From: Azolla caroliniana
Taxonomy: Eukaryota > Plantae > Polypodiophyta
Assembly: GCA_043228905.1 (NCBI GenBank)
Contig: JBHGNT010000015.1
Span: 12,648,001 to 12,712,000, forward strand
Direction: 5' to 3'
Length of the DNA stretch: 64,000 nucleotides
Of the stretch, positions 53,071 through 64,000 are shown piece after piece. Both the position numbers and the translations under genes were made by a program. The notes below the pieces were generated by a model. The model ran no database searches, was not told the DNA's origin, and was given only the letters and a program-made list of their open reading frames with translations. The first letter of the stretch is position 1; each line of letters opens with the position of its first letter.

Positions 53071-53706
53071 TTCCCACCTCTTCAAACCCCAGATGAAACA
53101 AACGATTAAATTAAGACTACAATTTCTCCTTTGATTGCGAACATAATAGTCAACCATTTCCCAACTCTTTAACCCCTAGATGAAACAAAGGATTAAATTG
53201 AGACTACAATTTCTCCTTTGATTGCCAACATAATAATGAAGAAGGCACGATTACAAAAAATCTCTTTCTTTCTTGTTTTTCATTATTATTGTAATTACCT
53301 TATCCTAGCTCTACTACCGAATAATAAACTAAGAATTCAGTGGAATGCATAATAAGCATCCTAGTTCAACAAAATCCAAAAATCTCTGAGTTTGAGCTTC
53401 AATTACATTTCCCACCTCTTCAAACCCAAATGAAACAAATGATTAAATTGAGAGTGCAATTTCTCCTTTGATTGCAAACATTATAATCAAGCATTTCCCA
53501 CCTCTTTAACCCCTAGATGAAACAAATGATTAAATTGAGACTACAATTTAAGTTTTGATTGCCAACATAATAATGAAGAAGATACGATTACAAAAAGTCA
53601 GTTTCTTTCTTGTTGTTTTTTATCGTAATTACCTTATCCTAGCTCTACTACCGAATAATAAACGTAGAATTGAGTGGAATGCATAATAAGCATCATAGTT
53701 CAACAC
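53071..53706. repeat. Tandem duplication, period about 338 bp, with internal sub-repeats of about 88 bp
   Basis: GATGAAACAAA...ATTAAATT...CAATTTCTCCTTTGATTGC x4; GTAATTACCTTATCCTAGCTCTACTACCGAATAATAAAC x2. Confidence 0.85.
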
Positions 53707-56700
53707 ATTCACGTTCACAAGTGGAAGGGTCGCGCATTCCACTTGTAGAATCTTCTTGAAAGCTTGAGCTACCGAGTACCCTTGTTCAATACTATGAAAG
53801 ACAACTATCCTCCACAAGGATGCAGTCGTTAGCTCAGCAAAATCCTTGACCATCTTCTCTAATTGTTTGAACCTAAAAGGTTCATCGTCGTATGATGACC
53901 CTGCCATTCGAAATCCGTATGGAATATCAACAATCATTAGCGTATATTCCTTATTTGGCACTTTTTGGATCATGTCAACGACATCGCCGCAAATCACGTT
54001 GTGGTAACGATCTCTAGTAATGTCCTTTTTGTGGCTAAATTTTTTGAAGGAGCCATCTTCCTCAATTTCGTACGCCTTGACTAAGCAATGATCCTTTTCT
54101 TTTCTGGCTCTCTCGAGATGTGCAAGGAAGGATGTCGGGAAATCGTGTATATCCTTAACTTCTCATTGTTTCTTGCCACAACACGATTTCTAATAGAAGC
54201 AATAAGACATCAAGTATTATTACACACCCTCTACATATGAGGAAAACTTAATGAAAAACACCAATACTAACCCAATCCTTGAATTCAATAAAATACTCGG
54301 ATAATGCCTTGTATGAAAACGTTAGAGGATAATCCTCGATCACTTGTTCCCAAGTTATACATCCAAGTTATTTCATTATAACTTCTTGGATCTTCATGTA
54401 CATCTTATGACTATGAAATTAGAAAACGAGATTAGAACTTTCAATTGCACCATATTGAATTCAATATCACTATTTGAAAGACTTACTTATTGAACTCAGT
54501 GACCATTTCTTCAAGGCTTAATTCTTTCGCCACCACCCTTGACAAAATAGACACAATAAGCTGCTCGTCCTTAATACCTTGCATCGCTCTCCACAGAGAC
54601 AACTTCATGTCGTCAGCCGCTTCTTCAATTGTCAAATCGATTTTCTTGGCCGCTTGTGACTTTAATTCTAACTGAGGGTCTACCTTACATTTCTTTTGTC
54701 GTTGACCCTTGACCTCCTTATTCTCCCACATTGAGAAGATTTGATCTTGTAGGTCCCATACTTCTCCATCTCTAAAGGCAAGTTGAAACTAGGACTCATA
54801 TTTCCGAAGACCATCCGACTTAACATTATCATCCACCACAATGCCGACCTCATGAAGGCATTGACGTCGTAGGCCGGGGTGTAGCTTCACACCAAACTTT
54901 TGTTTGATGTCCAGGTATTCATGGTCGAAGAACCTTGTCCATTCAATAGATGACATTTTTTGCCTATAGTCGTTGTCGTTGTTGTGGTCCCATACCAAAA
55001 GCTTTGCCTCTTCAGTTGTGAGGCCCACGTATATTTTGCACTCGGCATACTTGAAGAAGAAAGTTGTTGGGTGCTCTGTAACAAGTTGCCGGCATGCTTC
55101 AGCCGAATGTGATCCACCAATTACAAAGTAATTGTATTGATCATGCTTTCTCACGTCGAAGTCTTCAGTTGTGGAATATTCTTCGGCATCTACCATCACA
55201 ATGAAAGGCACAGCTGTAGCATGCAGATTTATTTTCATTTTTTTCTTGAGATTCTGAAAATGCATTCGGTGTGGCTCTCTAATCTCAAGTGGTCTTTGTC
55301 CTGTTTTTACATCAACTGGGGGCCGATGGATGTGTGTCATAGGAAAATTAAACACTTGCCCTTTTCTCACCAGTTTGCACTGCATTAACTCTCTCCGTAT
55401 CTTATTCTGCTCGGATGACAACACACAAAATGCCAGCTCAACATTTGGCGTCCCCCTAGTGTCCTCATCGTCGGTTGAGCTTGATGAGTGAGAGTCCGAC
55501 ATTTTAGTGCTCTTCTTTTTTGCTGGTCTTGATTGCACTTTAGATGCCCTTTTTGGGGCCTTCATCGGGGAGGGAAAGGGCTCCCTTAGAGTTACATGGC
55601 CTTGTATATAAGGCCTCAAGGTGACAATAAGGTTTTGTGAGCTTTGTAGATCCTTTTTAAAAGATTCCGGTCCACAAGATTCCTTTACTAGTCGATCTTC
55701 AGAAAGGTACACTTTACGTACCCCCTTCGAGCACTCTTTCATTACAAGAATGTTGGCTGAATCTAAATCTTCGTAGTCAAATCGTAAAATACGTCCATAC
55801 ATAAATGCAGTGTCATTTTCAAGTTGACCGTCACCCTTCTTTGTCGTATACAACATGACCTTTTTTCTTGAAGTCGACGTACTACATACACCATTCCTTG
55901 TCTGTTAGATCACGGTTAGGAAGGTCCTCACCACCAGTAGTAGCTAACATTTCCTTTTGGCTAATTCCGTTTGATGGTTGACGTTTTGTCTCCTCGTTGA
56001 AGAGAAGTTTTTTTCCCTCTCTTCATGTTCTGAGGAACATTTTTGTTTCTGGGTCTCAATTGGAAAGCCCTGAATTCAGAGCTTTATTTTCTTCATAGGT
56101 CGGTCCGACAAGTTCTCAAATGACCTATTTAAGAAAGGATGTGCGACTATATAAGTTAGTTGGTTCCCTCGATAAAGGTTTCCTATTAAAATATACATAA
56201 GTAGACCAAGACAAAAGCTAGCAAGCGATTTGTGCTAAACTCTAAATATCAATCATACTTTTTGTGAACATGATAGACCTTTATTGTGAATTTAAATCTA
56301 GTAAGGGCTATTTAACTTCGAATATTATATATCTTAATAATTTTACAAGGATATGTATCATATTGGAGGGTAGGTATGGTTTATATTGATTCCATATCCA
56401 ATATTGTTGAGAATTTTAATACAATAGATTTGAATTTGGTATCATAAAGGTAATTCATGCGTTATTTTCTATTATTTTAAGCTATTATAGGTCATAAAAC
56501 CTGTTTCAATAAGGGCGCAAAATTTTACAAAATGTAGCAAATGTCACTAAAAAAGTCTGAATTGGACATAAAATTGGTATCTTTTCACACATATATCAAT
56601 ATGTTCCCCCAAAGACACAATATTCCTGTATAAAGTTTGTGTTTTATACAGGAACTAGATACGCCGTATCGAGTTCATGTATAAAACACAAACTTTAAAC

Positions 56701-57235
56701 AGGAACTCAATACGCTATATTGAGTTCCTGTTTAAAGTTTGTGTTTTATATTTTAGCACTCAAGAACTCAATACGCCGTATTGAGTTCTTGTATAGAACA
56801 CAAACTTTAAACGACGTATCGAGTTCCTATTTAAAGTTTGTGTTTTATACATGAATTCGATACCCTGTATTGAGTTCTTGAGTGCTAAAAACATATTTAC
56901 AAAAAGGTCCGTACAGCCAAGCGCTTACTTGGAATCTTGGCACTCGCTCTTCTTAGAAGACATGATTCTTGTCATTGATGCTAACTCGCTCTTCTTAGAA
57001 GACATGATTCTTGTCATTTATATTTTAGCACTCAAGAACTCAATACGCCGTATTGAGTTCTTGTATAGAACACAAACTTTAAACGACGTATCGAGTTCCT
57101 ATTTAAAGTTTGTGTTTTATACATGAATTCGATACCCTGTATTGAGTTCTTGAGTGCTAAAAACATATTTACAAAAAGGTCCGTACAGCCAGGCGCTTAC
57201 TTGGAATCTTGGCACTCGCTCTTCTTAGAAGACAT
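53633..57235 (-). pseudogene. Spliced ParB/Srx-like + beta-class amino-(N4C/N6A) DNA methyltransferase gene; exons 57201-57235, 54487-56124, 54272-54410, about 53633-54189
   Basis: Three GT-AG introns with matching phases. ParB-like YFVIGGSHSAEA at 55095-55130; MTase VICGDVVDMIQKVPNKEYTLMIVDIPY with DIPY at 53917-53928. In-frame stops look like C>T/G>A changes, plus frameshifts near 55860-56015; SAM-binding motif I not found. Confidence 0.72.
56631..57162. repeat. Array of long overlapping palindromes in intron 1 of the ParB-MTase gene, partly duplicated (272-bp period)
   Basis: Core GAACTC(A/G)ATAC-N3-GTAT(T/C)GAGTTC with AAAGTTTGTGTTTTATA arms. Confidence 0.9.
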
Positions 57236-57360
57236 GATTCTTGTCATTGATGCTAACGGGGAGATGACGATATGGTGTTGTGTGCTGTGGCTGTGTGTGC
57301 TTTGTCTGCTCTGTGTGCTCTATTCTGCACGTGAGTGATTGCGAAATGAGGGGGTCTTCC

Positions 57361-57368
57361 TATTTATA
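57361..57368 (-). promoter_or_regulatory. TATA box of the ParB-MTase gene
   Basis: CCTATAAATAGG on the minus strand, about 125 nt upstream of the ATG at 57235. Confidence 0.6.
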
Positions 57369-57918
57369 GGGATTGACCACTGTGGTTAAAGTAACCATAG
57401 TTACTTTAACCATGGTTGGTAAGCTTAAGGTTAGTTAGTTAGACCTAAGAGAGAGTTTCTTTGACCTTAGGACACTTTTTTCTTAGACCTTAGTACACTT
57501 TATTTAGTACATAATCTTGAATGTACCAATGACTCTCTAATGGATTTTAATTAAATGATGTTTATGAATGAATAAATGATTAAATACTCAAACTAACATA
57601 TTAATGATTATTTTATATTTTTGATTGCCTTTGAAGGTCATAAATAAAACAATGATAGAGGTTCATGAATGAACCAATGATTAAATACTCAAAGCAACAT
57701 TTTTATGACTCTCTAATGTTTTGTATTAAAGATGTGGCCATGAATGAACTAATGATTGAAAAGGCTTATATTTAAAATGGTGGGCATGAATGAACCAATG
57801 ATTGAGAAGTTCTATATTAAATATGGGTGCCATTAACTAACCAATGATTTTAACTTTAACCCAACATATATATGGCTTGGTAATGATTGTAAATATATTA
57901 TAGTTGATGGTAAATATA

Positions 57919-58844
57919 GGAATGGGCTATTTGCCCCCCCCGCCCCAAAAAAAAAGGCGTAGTTACTCTTCCTTCTTTCTCTTTCTTCTCTTTCTTCTTC
58001 TTCTTCTTCCTCAAGTTTCCAATCAATACTGTGGATTCCTTTTTCTTTTACATGATGTCTTAAGCGATGGGGAGGGTCGGTGGTGGCTGCTGGGTGCCGC
58101 CATTGGAGGAGGAGGAGGACTTGAAAGTGACTTTTCCCCCATAGTAGCACTTGAAAGTGACTTTTCTATTGTCACTATGCTTATCCACCACAACAATTAT
58201 ATTTTGAGCACGGAAATGGTCCTTGATAAAACTGATTAGAGCCCCTCTCTTAGTGAAGGTTGAAGCTGAGACAAAGACAGATAAATTTGGGGGGCAAAAT
58301 AACCAAAATGTTGAGGACTACCAGAAATTTGGGGGGCAAAATAGCCAAATTGTTGAGAACGACCAGAAAATTGAGGGGCAAAATAGCCAAAATGTTGAGA
58401 ACTACTAGAAATTTGGGGGGCAAAATGGAGGGGACAACTATGTGTTGAGCTACGAAGTGAGAGCTATCAGAGAGCTATCAAAATGTTTTTTTTTTGGTGA
58501 GGGAGAGAGAGATATCAAAATGTTTATTTTTTTTGGTGAGGGAGAGAGAGCTATCAAAATGTTTTTTTTTGGGTGAGGGAGGGGGAGGAGTCAAGCTATA
58601 TCAGAGAATGTTTTTCTGTTGGGGGAGGGGAACGAAAATGGGTTTGGGGGGGCCAAAATGGGGGAAGAACTATGAAAGATTTTTTTTCTTTGTGGGGGGA
58701 AGGGGGGGTGGTTTAGCCAAAATAGCCAAAATAGAGGGACCAGAAAGTTATTTTTTTAGGGGGCCAAAAAGTTTTTTTTTAAGGGGGCCAAAAAGGTTTT
58801 TTTTTTTTTTTTGGGGGGGGGGGGGGTGGCAAATAGCCCATTCC
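57919..58844. mobile_element. Non-autonomous TIR element (Mutator-like MITE) with a 42-bp internal repeat at 58283-58426
   Basis: TIR GGAATGGGCTATTTGCC / GGCAAATAGCCCATTCC; 8-bp TSD TAAATATA/TAAATGTA. Superfamily uncertain. Confidence 0.8.
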
Positions 58845-59114
58845 TAAATGTATTATGCTTAATTTAAATTATGTATTATAGGATTAATAAGGTATAAAAT
58901 ATAATTGATTCGACTTTATACTGACTAGTTTAAGTAATTATTAACATGTTAAATAAATTTATTATATTAAAAATAAAATCTTTATTTATTGTATTAATAT
59001 AATATTAAATAATATAGACATTTTATTGAGGGAGATGATGTTTAGAGAGGAGCTTATCATTTTTTATATTAGCCCAAGCACATAACTTGAAGAGCTCTGT
59101 GTGGACCTTAAGCC

Positions 59115-60350
59115 ATGAGTGAAGACTCACCATTCTCGATTGAAGAATATTGTTTGTCATCATACTCTTCGTTTTCTACCGAAGAGTATTGTTTGTCGAC
59201 AGACTCACCATTTTCTATCGAAGAATATTGTCTATCGACAGACTCACCCATTTCTATCGAAGAGAGTTGTCTGAGCTCATCTTCACCTACAACACATGTT
59301 AATAATGACACATGTGAAGAGTTCTCGATTGAAGAATACGATATTAATAAAGATACGGAGAATGAAGGTAGTGCCAATGAAACATCGTATATCATGGGCG
59401 ATGGTGACAACAAAGAATTGGATTGTAACAAGGTTACCCCAACTTATATGCAGGAAGAGAAATCTGGAAGCCCTATGCATATTAGAAGAATCCCACGTAG
59501 AATTCGTTTGGCCAGATTTAACTTGGTGACATCATATAAGCAGATTGGATTTGATGTCAACAAAATATGTTGTGCCCGTAGTTGTATGTCTATGATTAGA
59601 AAATCAAAGTTGTGAGAATTAAGGCGATACTATTTTTTGATGACTGGAGATGAGCAAGACACTTACCTCGGGTCACATATGCAACTAGTGTCTGACAAAT
59701 GTACGGGGATCAAAGTATCATTAGAGTATTATATCTTCCATGCGCAACAGATATGTAGAGTTGCCTTCAAAATTGCGTTATGTGTTAGTAACATGCGGCT
59801 ACATAGAGTACAACAACGTCTACTTAGTGGGGATCAGATGCTCAATTGTAAAGAGGTTCCAAGTATGAAAGGTGCAATTGGAAGACATGTTATTGGTTGG
59901 ATGAAAAGTTACTTTCAGTTAAATTGTGAAGTAATGCCCACTATAGGTAGGATGCACCTCTCTGATAATTACACACGTTAGGAAGTTTATGATGTCTATC
60001 GATCAGATATGGTGGGCTCAAGTAATAAATCTGTCACATATAACCAATTCACAAGATTATGGAGAGCTCGGTTTTCAAATGTTATCATTCCGCGTAAAGT
60101 ACGCATGGGGTATTGTTCCATTTGTGCAAATCTTAAAAGTTTGGCTAAAGGTGCAAAGACATCAATGGAAAAGGATATGAGTAAGAAGTTACTACAGGAG
60201 CATCGTGAGGCACAATCGTTAGAACGAAAGAAGGCGATGCATCATAGAGAGAAGTGTTTGAAGAGGCCCGAACAATACATGTGCTTAATGATAGATGGCA
60301 TGGACCAGAAGAAGTCGTGCTTGTTGCATATACGGAGGCTCCCCAAAGAC
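59115..60350 (+). pseudogene. N-terminal half of a Sola-like DDD/E transposase, interrupted by a Copia
   Basis: One frame with two stops (59613, 59979). ICRVAFKIALCVS..RL, WMKSYF...MP...HL, FTRLW...F..V.IP, YCSICANLK, H...Q..ER, CLMIDGMDQKK (DGMDQ at 60294-60308). Family assignment is from memory of motifs. Confidence 0.7.
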
Positions 60351-63300
60351 TGTTGGCATAAAAGGCTGACTCCTTCCAAGTTGTATCCATCCGAGTGTGA
60401 AATCGTTAATAAGTTAGGGCTTAGTATATAAGCAAATACCTAACATTGTAATGAGTGACGAGGAAGAAGATGATTGTAATCTCCGAGAGAGAAAAACGCG
60501 TTGTGCAAAAATAAGAAGCTTTCCATTAAAGCTCGTATATGTGTAAGTCTATATCTGCCTTCTCTATCTTCTGTGTGTATGTTGTTGGTTGTTCATAGCC
60601 ATAAGATCCGAACACACACTTCTGCATAATTGTCGACATTAACCAACAAGTGGTATCAGAGCTGTGTTTTGCTGTGCGGCGGCAACAGATAACAGAAGAA
60701 GAAGCTGAAAGAAAAGACCAGGTCAGAAACATCAAATCCACAGAAAGAATATGGCTTCAACATCTGGAACAGGAGTTGAAATTAGAAAGTTCGATGGCAA
60801 AAACTTTGCCCTGTGGAAAGAGATGATGCAGGATGTGCTGATTATCCGAAGACAGGTCGAAGCCATTCGGCATAACGAAAAGCCTGCTTTGATGACAACA
60901 GAAGAGTGGAGATCAATGGACGAAATAGCAAGCTTCACCATCCAAATGCATCTGGCTGAAAACGTCTATTTTAGCATGGCAAGAGAGACGACATCGTTCT
61001 CATTGTAGGAGAAATTACAGGCCGTGTATGAGAAGAAGTCTTCATCTTCAAAACTGATATTCATCAAACAATTGTTCAACATGAAGATGAAAGAGACCGA
61101 TCCGGCAACCTCCCACATCAACACCTTCAGCCGGGTGTTGTCAGAGCTCTCGTCCCAAGGGATCAACTTCAAAGAAGAAGTGAACGCCCTGGCCCTCCTA
61201 TCGAGCTTGCCGACGAGTTGGGAGGTATTCTGTATGACATACGCCAATAGTCGACCGATCCTGAATATGGACGAAACAACCGACCAAGTCCTCACAGAGG
61301 ACATCAGGCGAAAATCGATGGGACTATCCATCGACGAGTCGGCAGAAGCCCACCACTCGACTGAGTTGTTCGATCGACAGAGTCGACCGAAAGAACAAGC
61401 CAACAGAACCGGTCGACGATATAGTCAATCGAGAACGAGGGGAGACTGATAACGGTCAAAGTCGAAAATGGGCCGAACAAGCGAGTACTGCACACACTGC
61501 AGGAAAGCTGGCCACAATGTTTCCGACTGCTGGTCAATAAAAAGAAAAGAGAGTGGTCGGCGATCCGAGTGGAATCAGGGACGTTCCGACTCAGACCACT
61601 CTCCAGTCGGCAACCAGATCAATGTTGCCGACACCCGATCCAGAGAAATTCTCTCCCTAGAGGATTCGATGATCGGAGAAGTCCTCTACAGTGCATAAGT
61701 TGCACACACGTGGCTACTAGACCCTGGTGCCACATTTCACGTGACCCCCAATGTTGAATGGTTCTCGAACTATTCAGCCGACGCTAGTGACACAGTCCGA
61801 CTGGGAAATGGGCAGGAGTGCAAGATAGCCGGAACCGGGGAGGTTCCCATAAGATTGCCAAATGGCAACACAATAACCTTGCACCGAGTTCGACACGTAC
61901 CCGATCTAAAGAGGAGTCTGGTCTCCATCGGCATGTTAGCCGAAGACGGGTATCGAATGACTCTACACGAGTCGACATGGGTGATTAGCCGAGGAAACCT
62001 CAAAATCGGTAGTGGGAATAAGTATAATAATCTATACCCATTGATGGCAATCAACCTTGAAGGGGCCGTGAACGTAGCCGAGAAAACAGACCCGAACTTA
62101 TGGCATGGCCGACTCGGCCATATGTCACAAGCCGGACTTGATCGACTGATGTCGGTCGGCTACATCTTGAAACTCCAGGCAAAGAAGGACTTCTGCGAGC
62201 ATTGTCGATATGGGAAACAAACCCAAAGTCTGCACTCTCTCAACTACGAGATAGTACAACAACCCCTAGAGCTCGTGCACACAGACATATTTGGGCCCAT
62301 GCTAGAGCGATAACTAGGAGGCTCCCAGTACTTCATCACATTCGTAGATGACTGTACACGGAAAGTTTGGGCATACTCTATCAATTCCAAAGATGAAGCG
62401 CTTGAGGTCTTCACTTGATGGATATTTGAAGTGGCGAACCGGTCGGGACACAGAGTGAAGACACTCCGATACGACAACGGAGGTGAGTACACCTCCAGAG
62501 CCTTCAAACAGTACCTGTCCGAAAAGGGGATCCGGAATCAAAAGACCGTTCCTTACACACCCATGCAGAATGGGGTGGCTGAATGGATCAACCGAATGAT
62601 CCAGGAGAGGGTGACAACAATGCTCTAGCAAGCCGGACTGAAGCTGGAATTCTGGGCAGAGGCATTGCAGACGACAGTGTACCTGATAAATCTAGCGCCT
62701 TCAAGAGCAATCAGGCTCGATGTGCCATAGGCACTATGGTCAGGCTAACAACCGACCTACAATAGGCTCCGTATATTCGGATGCTAAGTGTACGTGTTCA
62801 TCCCTAGGGACAAAAGGGGACGAAGTTGGCACCCAATGCAACAAAGTGCATATTTCTCGGTTATGGAACCGATGGGGACTTCGGCTACCAACTATGGGAC
62901 CCTGAAACTAGAAATTGGTCCGGAGCAGCAACGTAGTCTTCAATGAAGACTCCATCTTCTCTCAACGGAACCAGCAGAAAATAGTGGGCAAGAAGGTATC
63001 CTTCGAAGATGACAACGTCATCGTAGAAAGATCGACCCACCGGGCCGAATCAGAGAGTCAACAAACAATTGAACTCCAACCAGTCGAGACCGAATCGGCA
63101 ATAAGTTCCAATGTCAAACTCAAAGACAAAGCCGAATCGACAAGAGTCGACAAAGGCAGAGTCACTAAGAGGCAAGTTAGAACTGAGTCAACGACAACCA
63201 CAAGGGAGAACAACCAGACACCGCCGAAATCCCAAACCGGGGGCGGAATACCGAACAAGACTCCTGACTCAACTGGTTCAACAAATGCTGATCGTAAAAA

Positions 63301-64000
63301 AGAACCGATTGAAGAATCCGAACCAGATATTACGGCACCCAGGAGATCGAGCTCGAAGGAAAACAGAGTTTTATCAACCGGGCCTCGACTACGTCAACTA
63401 CACGGATGCAAGCGAACCAAGCACGTATGATGAAGCTATGGCCGCACTGGACGCCAAAACATGGCTACAAGCCATGAAATCCGAAATGGACTCAATTCAT
63501 CAGAATCAGACATGGGAGCTAGTCGAACTAGCAGTAGGAAGAAAGCTGCTACCTTGCAAATGGGTGTTCCGATACAAGTATGTATCTGATTCAGAGAAAC
63601 CCAAGTACAAAGCTCGGCTTGTCACGAAAGGATTCAAACAGGAATACGGGGTCGACTACGACGAGATATTCTCATCAGTAGTCAAGATGACCACCCTTTG
63701 ACTCCTACTAGGAGTCGTAGTGACAGAAGACCTAGAGCTCGTGCAGATGGACGTAAAGACGACATTCCTACACGGAGATTTGGAAGAAGACATATACATG
63801 TCTCAATCGGCAGGCTTCACGACGACGGGGGAGGACAGTCACCTCGTATGACAACTAAAGAAAAGTCTATATGGCCTCAAACAAGCACTGAGAATGTGGT
63901 ACCATAAGTTCGAGTCCCACGTAAAGACGACATTCCTACACGGAGATCTGGAAGAAGGCATATACATGTCTCAACCGGCAGGCTTCACGACGACGGGGGA
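60351..64000 (+). mobile_element. Decayed Ty1/Copia element (5' LTR 60351-60648, PBS 60651-60662, gag-pol from 60751), running off the window
   Basis: TGTTGG...CCAACA LTR; TGGTATCAGAGC; KFDGKNF, CTHCRKAGHNVSDC, LLDPGATFH, DNGGEY, YKARLV; many stops. Confidence 0.95.

Noticed and set aside
56631-57162. CRISPR array or miRNA gene
   Set aside because: No variable spacers. The multiple overlapping dyads look like DNA repeats, and a miRNA cannot be supported without reads.
53633-57235. Bacterial or phage contamination as the source of the ParB-MTase
   Set aside because: It has spliceosomal introns, a TATA box and transition-type decay, and is contiguous with plant genes and TEs.
58223-58448. Repeat-protein ORFs (KFGGQNNQNVEDYQ)
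   Set aside because: They are translations of a 42-bp tandem repeat inside a MITE.

Overview
Repeat-rich land-plant nuclear DNA; the TE families look fern/lycophyte-like (inference). Two host genes point away from each other: exon 1 of an Expp1/At3g44150-like secreted-protein gene (5031-5393, minus; its intron 1 holds a decayed Copia at 1-4586) and a two-exon alkaline ceramidase (38494-38750 + 51440-51950, 255 aa) whose 12.7-kb intron is filled with antisense LINE debris. Between them lie about 30 kb of nested LTR retrotransposons, including an intact Copia (13311-18663; LTRs identical by eye) inserted inside the tRNA-Trp primer-binding site of an older element. The best candidate for an undescribed system is at about 53000-60350. 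It appears to be a decayed DNA transposon with two divergent genes: a Sola-like (CxxC...DGMDQ) transposase, and a spliced, TATA-driven gene encoding a ParB/Srx-like domain fused to a beta-class N4C/N6A DNA amino-methyltransferase (motif IV DIPY). Intron 1 of that gene carries an array of long palindromes. All calls were made by eye; no searches were run.
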